The notes beneath the pieces are model-generated. The model had not been told where the DNA came from. It did not search any database and was given only the letters and a program-made list of their open reading frames with translations. The position numbers and the translations under genes are program-made. Positions 17,187 to 27,085 of a DNA stretch of 64,000 nt are shown in pieces. The stretch spans positions 6,142 through 70,141 of the forward strand of contig PFSB01000026.1 in NCBI GenBank assembly GCA_002788855.1. The letters are read 5' to 3'. The DNA comes from Candidatus Roizmanbacteria bacterium CG_4_9_14_0_2_um_filter_38_17. GTDB lineage: Bacteria; Patescibacteriota; Microgenomatia; GCA-00278855. Position 1 is the stretch's first letter; each line of letters begins with the position of its first letter.

Positions 17187-19823
17187 TTAAAGAGTGGGGA
17201 TGGGGGATTGGGAAGGAGTTGGAGTACTTGTTGGATTACTATCCCAGGGAACTTGTACTCCGATTTTTCGCTCGGATTCGGCTGAATTTCCTTTATCGTT
17301 TTCCGCGCGGACCTTTATAGTATAAGCTCCCTGTGATAGGTCTAATTCAATGTCTACTTTATCTGAATTTGCAGTATGTTTACTGGTTCCATCAATAAAT
17401 ACCTCGATCTTTTTAATGGAAGAGCCGGAGACAGCCTGGGCCCGAATATGGATTTTTGTCTCGTCATATTGTTTGTGATCCTCCGGATCTTTAAAGCTGA
17501 TCACAACAGAGGATTCGTCAGTTGAAGTCGTTTCGGTGGGTGGGTGGTATTTGGAATCTTCTACAGATTCTAGCCACTTATTAATACCAGCTTGCCATCT
17601 GTTTATTGTATCTGTGCCAAAAGGGTCCTTTTCCTGTAAAACAATAAAGTCTTTTTCATCGTATTCTCCTTTGGCAATTTCAATACTATTAGCCAGTTTA
17701 TTTGAGTCTGAACGAGAGACTTTTAGTTTTTGGTAGATCGGCGACACATCACTTGGTTCTGTTCCTTTGACAAAATATTCAAGTCTGGTTGGTTGCCCAC
17801 CAACTGGTTTTCCACCCGCAAATTTATCTATCTGTATCTGGACTATATTATCCGGAAGATCACCAAAACCACTTGAGCGCGTTGCTAAAGCTGAGCGCAT
17901 AATACGACTCCAGATTGGGGCGGCCCCTGTAACACCAGAAGCAACAGATTTCATGGGGGAATTATTATTATTGCCAACCCAGACGCCGACTACAATATCT
18001 TTAGTGTAGCCAATGGTCCAGTTATCACGAAAATCATTGGTGGTACCAGTTTTAACGGCTACTTTGTGACCAGGAATATTTAGGTAACTATTGGGACCAA
18101 AAACTAGTGACCTGGCCTCGTTATCTGAAAGAATATCTGAGATTATATAGGCAACTCCTGGCTCTAACACTTCTTTGCCGCGACTTTGTTTGTGCTCAAA
18201 AATTGTTTTACCGTTAGAATTCTCGATCTTAAGAATAGATATAGGCTCGTGACGAACTCCAGAAGCTCCAAACACTCCAAAGGCCGATGTCATATCTATT
18301 AAGCGCACTTCGCCCCCTCCAAGAGTTATAGATAGCCCAAATCGGTTAATATTGCTGCGTGTTGGCTCTAATGTTGTAAAGCCCATCTTAAACGCAATTT
18401 CCATCATATCCTCAACGCCCACTAGAGCTAAGGTTTTAACTGCCATGGTGTTTATAGAATTGGCTAATCCGTAGCGTAACTGTAGTGGCCCACGATACTT
18501 ACCATCATAGTTTTCAGGTATATATTCAGGATTTTCTTCGCCACCGGGAAACTCAGTTAATGCGTCAACAAGAACAGTGTCAGCTGCATAGCCCTTAGAT
18601 AGGGCTGTAGCATAGGTAAATGGTTTAATTGCTGAACCGGGCTGCCTTAAGCCCTGCACAGCAACATTGAACTTGCCCTCAAATGCTTCCTCTTCATCTC
18701 CAGTTTCACTATAGTCCTTAGATCCCACCATAGCTAATACTTCTCCTGTTTGAGGATCAATTGCCACTACTGCACCATTTGTTACATTAAAGTTGGTAAC
18801 TTTAGCTATCTCCTCCAGTACTATTTTTTCTACATCTTCCTGAAGATCTAGATCTAAAGTGGTGGTTACTCTCAAGCCACCTTGCTCAACCTCTGATTCG
18901 CCGTATTGATCTACTAACAGCTGTTTTACATACATTACGAAATGAGCCGCTGTTATCTGGGCACTATTTCCGGAGAAGATTACTTTATCTAGTTGAGATA
19001 GAGCAACCTTTTCTTCATCTTTAGATATGTACTTATCTTCGCGCATGCGCCGGAGAACATTTTGAGTTCGACTAATGTATGCGGTAGGATTAGGCCCATA
19101 AGGAGAATAACGGGTAGGGGATTGTGGTAGGCCGGCAAGTATGGCAGATTCTACCAAGTTAAGCTCTGATACGTCTTTATCAAAGTATGTCTCAGCCGCA
19201 GTTTTAGTTCCCCAGGCTGTGCCTCCATAAGGAATGTTGTTTAGATACATCTCAAGAATCTCATCTTTGGTATATTTCCGCTCAATCTGGATTGAAAGAA
19301 TGAGCTCTTTAACTTTACGAGGTAAAGATTTTTCTGTAGTTAGCAGGGCATTTTTTACTAATTGCTGGGTTAGCGTAGACCCACCTTGAACCTTACCTAG
19401 GAATATACTATGAAAAGCTCCTCGCATCATACCTGAAATTGAAAAACCTGAGTGTTTGTAAAAATCTTGATCCTCAATTGCGATAGTTGCTTGTTTGAGA
19501 TATTCAGGGACTTCATCTAGCTTTAAGGGGACAAGATTTTGTTCAGCGTATATATCATACAGGGGCTCGCCGTCACGTGAGTAGATGATGGTAGAAAGGC
19601 CATCAAACTGGCGCACTTTGTCTGGTCTTGGTAAGTCTTTTGAGTACCAGGCAAATAACCCAACGACTACAAGAAACCCTAAGACTATGAGTACAACTAA
19701 TGCTACAGATAAATTGGCAACCAACTTATCTTTTCTGAATCTAATAGCGCCAAAATTTAGACGAGATCTGCGACGCGACCTTCTTTTCTGACTATAGTCG
19801 TAAGCTTTTCTCATTATATACAC
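17187..19823 (-). CDS. Penicillin-binding protein 1A (bifunctional glycosyltransferase/transpeptidase) with C-terminal Ig-like extension
   Basis: N-terminal TM, GT51 motifs (EDQDFYKHSG, GGSTLTQQLVKN), the transpeptidase SxxK (GSAIKP) and KTGT, and C-terminal beta-rich repeats. Confidence 0.9.
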   Translation of the reverse strand: MYIMRKAYDYSQKRRSRRRSRLNFGAIRFRKDKLVANLSVALVVLIVLGFLVVVGLFAWYSKDLPRPDKVRQFDGLSTIIYSRDGEPLYDIYAEQNLVPLKLDEVPEYLKQATIAIEDQDFYKHSGFSISGMMRGAFHSIFLGKVQGGSTLTQQLVKNALLTTEKSLPRKVKELILSIQIERKYTKDEILEMYLNNIPYGGTAWGTKTAAETYFDKDVSELNLVESAILAGLPQSPTRYSPYGPNPTAYISRTQNVLRRMREDKYISKDEEKVALSQLDKVIFSGNSAQITAAHFVMYVKQLLVDQYGESEVEQGGLRVTTTLDLDLQEDVEKIVLEEIAKVTNFNVTNGAVVAIDPQTGEVLAMVGSKDYSETGDEEEAFEGKFNVAVQGLRQPGSAIKPFTYATALSKGYAADTVLVDALTEFPGGEENPEYIPENYDGKYRGPLQLRYGLANSINTMAVKTLALVGVEDMMEIAFKMGFTTLEPTRSNINRFGLSITLGGGEVRLIDMTSAFGVFGASGVRHEPISILKIENSNGKTIFEHKQSRGKEVLEPGVAYIISDILSDNEARSLVFGPNSYLNIPGHKVAVKTGTTNDFRDNWTIGYTKDIVVGVWVGNNNNSPMKSVASGVTGAAPIWSRIMRSALATRSSGFGDLPDNIVQIQIDKFAGGKPVGGQPTRLEYFVKGTEPSDVSPIYQKLKVSRSDSNKLANSIEIAKGEYDEKDFIVLQEKDPFGTDTINRWQAGINKWLESVEDSKYHPPTETTSTDESSVVISFKDPEDHKQYDETKIHIRAQAVSGSSIKKIEVFIDGTSKHTANSDKVDIELDLSQGAYTIKVRAENDKGNSAESERKIGVQVPWDSNPTSTPTPSQSPIPTL

Positions 19824-19834
19824 TTTTTAGTTTA

Positions 19835-20641
19835 TCATAGATGTGTAATTAGCTTATGGAATAATTTTGTGGCTTCAAATCCTAAATAACGCTCTAATAA
19901 GAGCTGGGAGGGGAGAGCTGGGTCATCTTTTCTGATTGAAGCATACTGAAAAGTAATGCTAAGAGTTAATTTTTTATTCTGGATTGATTCAGAAGAAAGG
20001 CCAGCATAAGAGTCTAAAAACTGTGCGTAGCGCTGATTTAGCTCTTCGAGCTTGAATACTTTCCAAAGAATACTACGCACTTCTACTGCTGTCTGAAAAG
20101 TGCTTTTAATATCTAGGATAGATATTAAAATTTCACCCGGAAGACTATATTTTTTGCTAAATTTCTGAATGATTGGGCTTGGATTGTATGGGGTAATATA
20201 TACGCTATTTTGAAGCATCGCTGCGTTATGTTTTAGAAGAAGTCTCTGGAACATTACACGCTTAGAGTTGGCTTTGGTAGGAATATCGTAGTTAATAAGA
20301 TAAAGTTTACCTTTCCATGGTTTAGGTTCTACTTCAAGCTGTAGCTTAGTCCGGGCTTTTGTTTTTCCAAGTTTGGTAATAGTAATAGTCCTGTCAGCTG
20401 AATTATCTACAAGGCCTTGTTGGATAAGAGAATAGAGAGCGCGGCGTATTTGGGTTTTAGCAAATTTGGTAAGAAGATAGTCTGCTTGGTTAAAATCACA
20501 CATTCCAGGAATGTGCATCACATTCCTGGAATGTACAAGCTTGTTAATATACAAAAAGTACAGAAGAACATTGGATACTCCGTCTGTAGTACCAAATGTA
20601 AGCTCGCGAATTTTGTCTTTTTGCTTAGAGTTGGTTGGCAT
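19835..20641 (-). CDS. Winged-HTH protein with Cas2/VapD-like (PaaX-like) domain; orphan, with no CRISPR array nearby
   Basis: wHTH-like segment ALYSLIQQGLVD...TITITKLG. The central segment KLYLINYDIPTKANSKRVMFQRLLLKHNAAMLQNSVYI resembles the Cas2 YD[IV]...KR...RVQ.SVF signature. An alternative start at Met47 (about 20503) falls inside a palindromic box. Confidence 0.45.
   Translation of the reverse strand: MPTNSKQKDKIRELTFGTTDGVSNVLLYFLYINKLVHSRNVMHIPGMCDFNQADYLLTKFAKTQIRRALYSLIQQGLVDNSADRTITITKLGKTKARTKLQLEVEPKPWKGKLYLINYDIPTKANSKRVMFQRLLLKHNAAMLQNSVYITPYNPSPIIQKFSKKYSLPGEILISILDIKSTFQTAVEVRSILWKVFKLEELNQRYAQFLDSYAGLSSESIQNKKLTLSITFQYASIRKDDPALPSQLLLERYLGFEATKLFHKLITHL
20501..20533. promoter_or_regulatory. 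33-nt near-perfect palindrome CATTCCAGGAATG-TGCATCA-CATTCCTGGAATG (two 13-nt boxes)
   Basis: Lies in the 5' region of, or just upstream of, the wHTH gene. The same 13-nt box recurs as a pair at about 27086-27119. Confidence 0.4.
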
Positions 20642-20716
20642 GGTTCTATTATTACATAGATCTGTTTCATGTGAAACTGGTTTATATAATTATTATTTCT
20701 GATATACTATCAAGAT

Positions 20717-21913
20717 ATGGACAAAATAGATGAGCTTTTAACTAGAGGAGTAGACACCATCTACCCATCTAAGGAGGAGCTTGAGAAAGTCTTAAGATCT
20801 GGTAAAAAAATACGAATATATCAGGGTTTTGATCCAACTGGTACACAGCTACACATTGGGCATGCTGTGGCACTAATGAAGTTGAGAAATTTCCAGGAAT
20901 TGGGCCACAAAGTAATATTTTTAATTGGTGATTTTACTGCGATGATTGGTGACCCATCTGGAAAAATAAAAGGTGCACGTAAAATGATAAGCCGGGAGGA
21001 AGTGTTAAAAAATGCTGAAACATACGAGACACAGGCATCTAGAATATTAAGATTTAGCGGTAAAAACAAGGTTAAGGTTAAATTTAATAGTCAGTGGCTT
21101 GGAAAGATGTCAGCAATAGAATTTCTAAGAATGTCAGATTATCTTACTTTTGCGCAAATTATTAAGCGTGATTTATTTAGAAAAAGAGAGCAAGAAGGTC
21201 AAGATATATATGCAAATGAATTTATGTATCCAATATTACAAGGGTATGACTCGGTAGCAATGGATGTTGATGCAGAAATTGGAGGTACAGATCAGATGTT
21301 TAACATGCTTGTTGGTCGTGATTTACTAAAGAGAATGAAGAAAAAAGAAAAGTTTGTAATTACGGTTCCGTTACTCACTGATACCCAAGGCAATAAGATC
21401 GGCAAATCGGAGGGAAATGTGATCGGAATTACAGATACACCCGAGGATCTGTATGGCAAGATAATGAGCCTGCCAGACTCTGCAATTATTCCCTGTTTTG
21501 AATTAATAACTAATCTCACAATGACTGAAGTTGAGAAGATAAAAAATGAACTCAAGACTGATTCTGCCAATCCAATGGAATATAAAAAGCGCCTAGCTCG
21601 TCAGATAGTAGAGCAATATAACAATGCTGACGCAGCTACAGCTGCCCAGAGATTTTTTGAAGCTAAATATCAGGAGGGAAACAAAAACGAAGCAGCAGAG
21701 GAAATTTCAATTAAAAAACCTATGGGATTGGTTGCTCTAATTAGTAAGCTAGATGATAATCGCTCGAGTAGTGACATTAAAAGATTGATAAAGCAAGGTG
21801 GTATAAAAATTAATGGAAAAAAGAATGTCGATATGGCATATAGCTATGAACCCAAAGATGATGATATAATAGAGATAGGTAAGCATAGGGTATTTAGGGT
21901 AAAGAGCAAATAG
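20717..21913 (+). CDS. tyrS: Tyrosyl-tRNA synthetase
   Basis: HIGH motif (HIGHAV), KMSKS-like motif (KIGKS) and a C-terminal S4 domain (RLIKQGGIKINGKK). TATACT sits 8 nt upstream of the ATG. Confidence 0.9.
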   Translation: MDKIDELLTRGVDTIYPSKEELEKVLRSGKKIRIYQGFDPTGTQLHIGHAVALMKLRNFQELGHKVIFLIGDFTAMIGDPSGKIKGARKMISREEVLKNAETYETQASRILRFSGKNKVKVKFNSQWLGKMSAIEFLRMSDYLTFAQIIKRDLFRKREQEGQDIYANEFMYPILQGYDSVAMDVDAEIGGTDQMFNMLVGRDLLKRMKKKEKFVITVPLLTDTQGNKIGKSEGNVIGITDTPEDLYGKIMSLPDSAIIPCFELITNLTMTEVEKIKNELKTDSANPMEYKKRLARQIVEQYNNADAATAAQRFFEAKYQEGNKNEAAEEISIKKPMGLVALISKLDDNRSSSDIKRLIKQGGIKINGKKNVDMAYSYEPKDDDIIEIGKHRVFRVKSK

Positions 21914-22022
21914 CATGGACTATATTCGTAAACATCGTCGCGTTTTTCAGGTGGTGTTTGTGATAGCAACCCTAGCATTACTTATAACATCATTTGCCCC
22001 ATTGTTTATCTTAGGATTTTAA

Positions 22023-22194
22023 AATGGCAGTACCAAAACAACGCACATCAACCCAAAGAAAGGGTAAAAGAAGAGCAGGTCAACCAGGTGTTAAAGCAAC
22101 ACAGTTGGTGAAGTGTAAGAACTGTGATGAGCTAAAAACACCGCATACAATTTGTAAGAGCTGTGGAACCTATCGCGGACGAGAGTATAAGTAA
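22023..22194 (+). CDS. rpmF: 50S ribosomal protein L32, with an apparent +1 frameshift in an ACACCC run at about 22137-22142
   Basis: The N-terminus [17 protein letters not shown]...[10 protein letters not shown] is in one frame. The C-terminus [17 protein letters not shown], carrying the second CxxC pair, is in the +1 frame. Confidence 0.6.
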
Positions 22195-22196
22195 CG

Positions 22197-22565
22197 GTGA
22201 AAACAGAAAAAGACCCCAGACATATTCAGAGGAGAAGAATTGTGCAGGACCTGTTTGCTTATAGTTTTAAGAAACAGAGATTGCTAGATACAAAGTCTAA
22301 AGATATAATTGCGCAGCTATCTGAAATAGATATAAATATATCCAAAGCAGCACCAGCATGGCCAATCAATAAGATTTCTAAAATAGATCTAGCTATACTT
22401 AGACTAGCAGTCTATGAACTATTACTGGAAAAGTCCGCGCCATCAAAGGTTATAATTGACGAAGCTATTGAACTGGCTAAGGAATTTGGCGGTGACTCGT
22501 CACCAGCTTTCGTGAACGGAGTTTTAGGTAAGATAATAACTATAAATGAAAACACTAATAACTAA
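22197..22565 (+). CDS. nusB: Transcription antitermination factor NusB
   Basis: NusB-like helical protein ([13 protein letters not shown]...FVNGVLGK) with a GTG start. Confidence 0.8.
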   Translation: MKTEKDPRHIQRRRIVQDLFAYSFKKQRLLDTKSKDIIAQLSEIDINISKAAPAWPINKISKIDLAILRLAVYELLLEKSAPSKVIIDEAIELAKEFGGDSSPAFVNGVLGKIITINENTNN

Positions 22566-23214
22566 GCTTGGGGTAGATTTTCAGAATGAAGAGCTTTTGG
22601 ATAAGGCGTTAACGCATCGTTCCTACCTAAATGAGTCTGACGCACTAGAATCTAATGAGCGAATGGAGTTTTTAGGAGATGCGGTTTTAGAGCTAGTTGT
22701 CTCTGAATACCTCTTTATTAACTATCCTGCTGAACATGAAGGTATACTGACCAACTACCGCTCCGCATTAGTGAAAACCGAGAGCTTAGCTGAGACTGCT
22801 CGCAAATTAGATCTGGGCGATAAACTAAAGATGAGCAAAGGTGAAGAACAAAATGGCGGTAGAGATAACACGTCGCTTTTAGCAAATACTTTTGAAGCTG
22901 TTATTGGAGCAATTTACCTTGATCAAGGAGTACCTGCTGTGAAAAAGGTACTGCATATATATCTATTACCTGAACTAGACGAGATTATCCGCTCAAAAGC
23001 ATATATAGACTTTAAGAGCAAACTACAGGCAATAGTCCAAGAACGACTGAAAGTTACACCTACTTATAAGGTAACAAAAGAGAAAGGCCCTGATCATGAA
23101 AAACACTTTTACGTTACCTGCAATGCAGGTAAACGAGTATTGGGCAAAGGAGAGGGGAAGAGTAAGCAGGGTGCTGAGCAAGCCTCCGCAGAGGCAGCGC
23201 TAAATTTATGGTAG
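22546..23214 (+). CDS. rnc: Ribonuclease III
   Basis: RNase III signature [19 protein letters not shown] and a C-terminal dsRBD. Confidence 0.9.
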   Translation: MKTLITKLGVDFQNEELLDKALTHRSYLNESDALESNERMEFLGDAVLELVVSEYLFINYPAEHEGILTNYRSALVKTESLAETARKLDLGDKLKMSKGEEQNGGRDNTSLLANTFEAVIGAIYLDQGVPAVKKVLHIYLLPELDEIIRSKAYIDFKSKLQAIVQERLKVTPTYKVTKEKGPDHEKHFYVTCNAGKRVLGKGEGKSKQGAEQASAEAALNLW

Positions 23215-23224
23215 AATATCCATT

Positions 23225-23461
23225 ATGGCAGTTAAGATAAGATTAGCGCGATTTGGTAAAAAAAATAACCCCCATTATAGGGTGGCGGTGGCTGATTCCA
23301 GAAATAAACGGGATGGCAAAGTGATTGAGTATATTGGCACTTATGATCCATCTAATAAGAAAGATGGCTTTAAGGTTAACATAGAGAAATTTGAGTACTG
23401 GGTTTTACAAGGAGCACAAGCCTCAGATACGGTGTCTAATCTTGTAAAGAAAGCAAAATGA
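23225..23461 (+). CDS. rpsP: 30S ribosomal protein S16
   Basis: MAVKIRLARFGKKNNPHYRVAVADSR is a typical S16 N-terminus. Confidence 0.9.
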   Translation: MAVKIRLARFGKKNNPHYRVAVADSRNKRDGKVIEYIGTYDPSNKKDGFKVNIEKFEYWVLQGAQASDTVSNLVKKAK

Positions 23462-23688
23462 AACAATTAACTCAGTACATCTTAGAAAATATAACTAGAC
23501 ATCCAGACGATGTTTCGATACAGGAAGAAAAGGAAGATCAGAAGATTAATCTTTCTGTAAGCTTAAATGAAGAAGATGTTCCAAAGGTGATAGGTAAAGA
23601 AGGAAAAGTTATTCGTTCTATAAGAAACATTGTTAAAACTTCAGCACGCAAAAAAGACCTCTGGGTTAATCTTACAATCGACGCTTAA
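23458..23688 (+). CDS. KH-domain RNA-binding protein (UPF0109-like, follows rpsP)
   Basis: KH GxxG-type motif VIGKEGKVIRSIRNIV. It occupies the conserved position downstream of rpsP. Confidence 0.75.
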   Translation: MKQLTQYILENITRHPDDVSIQEEKEDQKINLSVSLNEEDVPKVIGKEGKVIRSIRNIVKTSARKKDLWVNLTIDA

Positions 23689-23703
23689 TCTACCAATAGA
23701 CGC

Positions 23704-24417
23704 TTAAAGGGAAAAGGGGTTTTCTCGAGCAGTAAATTCCGGAGCAGTATCTTGTGGCTTGGTCCATTGTATTAATTGAATTTCTGCCAATAACTCCTTT
23801 TGAGCAACAGATAATTGAGGTAGTTTATCTATAATTGTGCCGATTGATTCAGGAAAAGGTTCAGACACATTAATTAAACTTATACTCTCTGTAAGTACTG
23901 CTGAAAGTGATGATTCCTTACTTGTGAAGTCTAAATTTAGCGAATCAATAGAAAGTACTCTTCCAGAATCTATTAGATTCTTATTAAAATTAAATAGTTC
24001 TTCTCTAGTTCCTTTAATATCAAGATCAAGAGGTAGCTCGCCTGAGCCACCAAGCTCGCTCTGAGCAACTTGAAAATCACCAAGAGACACATTGGTCTCT
24101 TGGGCGCGGGCACTAAAATATCCCATAATCTCGAATACCTCATTTTCAGCTGGTAGGAACTGTTGAGACCTCTCGATAGCATCGCGTAGATCATTTTGAT
24201 CAAGAGTAGTTAAAATAGCCAGCTTATTCTCCAGAATGCTGACCTGTTCTTCATTTTGGGAAATTTTGCTCCAGCTATCCTTAATGGCTATGGCATTTGG
24301 GTAAACAAATATGGCAAAAATCGCCAATATAACTATAATAACTGTGACAAGTAGCATCACAATGCCATATGCCTTGAGATCATCTAAACTAAATTCCTGC
24401 TTATTTTTTTGTTCCAT
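23704..24417 (-). CDS. Type IV pilus assembly protein PilO-like (single N-terminal TM)
   Basis: N-terminal TM, coiled-coil and a periplasmic domain. It is the third gene of the pilM-N-O-like operon. Confidence 0.5.
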   Translation of the reverse strand: MEQKNKQEFSLDDLKAYGIVMLLVTVIIVILAIFAIFVYPNAIAIKDSWSKISQNEEQVSILENKLAILTTLDQNDLRDAIERSQQFLPAENEVFEIMGYFSARAQETNVSLGDFQVAQSELGGSGELPLDLDIKGTREELFNFNKNLIDSGRVLSIDSLNLDFTSKESSLSAVLTESISLINVSEPFPESIGTIIDKLPQLSVAQKELLAEIQLIQWTKPQDTAPEFTARENPFSL

Positions 24418-24955
24418 TTGTATAACTCACAGTTAATTTAAGAATATGATTACCATTGTCATCAATGTCTGTGCTATCCGCGATGATCTTGGAATCTACC
24501 TCGAGGTTTGCTACAACCTTGTTTAAAGCCTGTAAAACAAGCTTAACATCTTTTGCGCGTCCAGTATTAATGCCAAATTGAAATTGGCCTTCCGAAATAC
24601 TTAAGTCTGTTACCTCACCATAAGGTGAAAGAGCAGTGTGTAATATTTCAGGTAACTGCGTAATAAAACCTTGCTTCTGTCGATACTTAAGAATTGTTTC
24701 AAGTCTGGATGTGAGAGTTAGGTATAGTCCCTCTGTCTGTTTTAGGACTTCAATCTCTGTGCTTAGCTCAACAATTTTAGCTTCCTGTTTTTCTACAGAA
24801 ACTACTATGGTCTTTTTAAGAACAAGCATGGTGCCAAGCGTTACAATCAAAAGAGCAGTAAGCACGATGAGCACCATAAATATGCGCCTCTGGAGACCGT
24901 CCAGCTGGGGCTTATTCTTTTTCTTTTTTTGTAAATTTACTGTCTGAGATGGCAT
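24401..24955 (-). CDS. Type IV pilus assembly protein PilN-like
   Basis: Short cytoplasmic N-terminus, one TM (LIVLTALLIVTLGTMLVL) and a periplasmic domain. Follows pilM. Confidence 0.5.
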   Translation of the reverse strand: MPSQTVNLQKKKKNKPQLDGLQRRIFMVLIVLTALLIVTLGTMLVLKKTIVVSVEKQEAKIVELSTEIEVLKQTEGLYLTLTSRLETILKYRQKQGFITQLPEILHTALSPYGEVTDLSISEGQFQFGINTGRAKDVKLVLQALNKVVANLEVDSKIIADSTDIDDNGNHILKLTVSYTNGTKK

Positions 24956-24963
24956 TTTTTTTA

Positions 24964-25977
24964 TTAAATCATGGCTAGACCTACTGCTGCTGTAAATGCA
25001 GATGCCGATGCTGATGGAGCATCTACGCCTTTGGTGAAGCTTAACCCGGCAAAAGGATCTCCTCGCTGTACTTCAACGCCAAATTGCTCAGCTATTAGCT
25101 TTACAATTCCAGGCATCAATGCTCCTTCACCAGTTAAAAAGACAAGTTTGACTTGATGATTTGGATACTGATCGTGGAAATATATAAAGCCGTTATTTAA
25201 CTCGCGCACAAACTGATCTATAAGTGGTTTTATGGCATTGTACACTTTTCCATCTAGCTGGCTAGGATCTACTCCATATGTAACCTTATACCTATCAGCT
25301 TGCTGGGGATTTAGATTAAATTCCTGACTTATTGCACGAGTAATCGCGCGCCCTCCAGTACTAATGGAGTTGGTAAAAAGAATATTAGAATTAGTAAAGA
25401 AGGCAAAGTCTGAAGAATACTCACCAAGCTCAATAACCGCAGATACATAGTCATCTGGTGTATTTCTAGATAAAGCACGAATTGAACTTAAAATTCGAGT
25501 TTCAACGTGTTGAGGATTTAATCCCGCTGCTTTTATTAATTCGTTATACTTGTCTATCAAGTTCAGAGGCGCAGCTGAAATTAAAACCCGCATTGAGTTA
25601 TTAGCCGAGTCTTTATTGAGAATATTATAGCCAAAACTAACATCCTCTAAAGGCAAGGGGACGTACTGCTCAGCTTGCCATTTCATAGCTGAATCCATCT
25701 CTTTTTGAGATAAAAGTGGCGTCGTTATTACCTGAGTAAAGGCCTGCGACTCGGGTAGGGCAGTGTTAATGTTTTTACTACTCACTCGAACTTCTTTAAG
25801 AAGCTGTTTAATACGACTTGCAGTTTCTTTAATATCATCCTTAGAATCTATTACTGGTTGGGAAATAGGGGAGGAAATCGCTCCATATGTAATAACCTTC
25901 CAGCTTTTTTTTACTGATTCCAGTTCCACAACTCGGATATATTTAGCGTCTATGTCTATACCTATTGATCTTCCCAT
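24964..25977 (-). CDS. pilM: Type IV pilus assembly ATPase-fold protein PilM (actin-like)
   Basis: Actin/FtsA-like fold motifs (GIDIDAKYIRVVELE; VFLTGEGALMPGI). Confidence 0.8.
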   Translation of the reverse strand: MGRSIGIDIDAKYIRVVELESVKKSWKVITYGAISSPISQPVIDSKDDIKETASRIKQLLKEVRVSSKNINTALPESQAFTQVITTPLLSQKEMDSAMKWQAEQYVPLPLEDVSFGYNILNKDSANNSMRVLISAAPLNLIDKYNELIKAAGLNPQHVETRILSSIRALSRNTPDDYVSAVIELGEYSSDFAFFTNSNILFTNSISTGGRAITRAISQEFNLNPQQADRYKVTYGVDPSQLDGKVYNAIKPLIDQFVRELNNGFIYFHDQYPNHQVKLVFLTGEGALMPGIVKLIAEQFGVEVQRGDPFAGLSFTKGVDAPSASASAFTAAVGLAMI

Positions 25978-25979
25978 GG

Positions 25980-26867
25980 CTATTTTGTGAGTGCCTCTTC
26001 TGAATAGATTACAGTGTCAAAAATTTCTGGTGGCGCTGGAAATGAAATGAACTGAATTAGTTTAGTCTGCTGACCACCATCAGTAGTCCCCAGTGATATA
26101 TGCTCCTCGCCCTGAAGCGGAAGACTATCATCAACGGGAGCTATTCCTAGTCTGGTAGTTCCACTATTTTCAACAATTGGTCTTAGTTTAAGCATTAATG
26201 GAACATAAGTTCCTGAAGTATTATATTGTGTAAGAGGATTTGACTTCATTGTAGTTAAATTTACAGTTGTTCTGTGAGTAAATGAGTCTGAGCCACAAGC
26301 CACAACTCCTGAAGCAAGCTGAGGAATATTTATGGCTCCTTCAACAAGCGTGCTGCCCGAGGGATTATATACTTCACGAGCCAAGTAATATGTTCCGGCG
26401 TTGTTTTTGTAGTAAAACGTTACTTCAAAAGCTGACAGCTCGCCGCCATCTTCTCCCCAGCATAATTCAATAGTACTACCAAAATACTTATCTGTAGCGC
26501 TTTGAGTTCTATAGTCATTGAGCCAAACGGTAATTGGCTGATTACTATACAGTTCTCCTGGAAATATATAAGAAGATGTGGTTCCACCTACCTCAACTAT
26601 ATCTACATTGTACTTAGCATCTCTACCACCTGATCCAACTGTGCCAGTGGGTAATGGGCCAAAGATTCCCAACTGCTGCGCGGCAGCTTCTAATCCTGCT
26701 TCTGCCGCTGAAAAAGCACGTGAGCTTTCCTCAATTTCAGTAGCTATATTACTATCGTCTGTGGTACGGGAAGCAAGAGATAGTCCTAGAGTTAGCCCAA
26801 TAGCAGACACCAATAACACCACAATAAGTACTTGGCCTTTTTCTTTAATTGCAGGGCAGTGCTTCAT
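25980..26867 (-). CDS. Putative minor pilin / pilus tip protein lacking Glu5 (GspK/PilX-like?)
   Basis: The N-terminus MKHCPAIKEKG|QVLIVVLLVSAIG has a prepilin-like hydrophobic segment without Glu at +5. It is the first gene of the pilMNO-like operon. Confidence 0.35.
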   Translation of the reverse strand: MKHCPAIKEKGQVLIVVLLVSAIGLTLGLSLASRTTDDSNIATEIEESSRAFSAAEAGLEAAAQQLGIFGPLPTGTVGSGGRDAKYNVDIVEVGGTTSSYIFPGELYSNQPITVWLNDYRTQSATDKYFGSTIELCWGEDGGELSAFEVTFYYKNNAGTYYLAREVYNPSGSTLVEGAINIPQLASGVVACGSDSFTHRTTVNLTTMKSNPLTQYNTSGTYVPLMLKLRPIVENSGTTRLGIAPVDDSLPLQGEEHISLGTTDGGQQTKLIQFISFPAPPEIFDTVIYSEEALTK

Positions 26868-26915
26868 GTCTATAAGTATAATGAAAAATAAGGTGAACTG
26901 TCAACTAGAATTAAT

Positions 26916-26958
26916 GTAACCATTCACGATTTGACAAAGGGTTCAAAGCCAAGCTCTA
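26916..26958. promoter_or_regulatory. Conserved 45-nt motif GTAACCATTCACGATTTGACAAAGGGTTCAAAGCCAAGCTCTA in the divergent pilus/alaX intergenic region
   Basis: A near-identical copy sits at about 39675-39720 upstream of the second pilin operon. The motif contains a TTGACA hexamer. Confidence 0.4.
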
Positions 26959-27085
26959 TACTTTATCTGTCATCCCCAACCCGCTTCGACCGCGAAGCGA
27001 GGCGAGCTTGATTGGGGGATCCATCTTTCTGGATTCCCGCCTGCGCGGGAATGACAAGAAAAAGTCAGGGATGACAAGAGGTAAA

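Noticed and set aside
21916-22023. 35-codon hydrophobic mini-ORF between tyrS and rpmF
   Set aside because: It is too short to support without conservation data. Candidate only.
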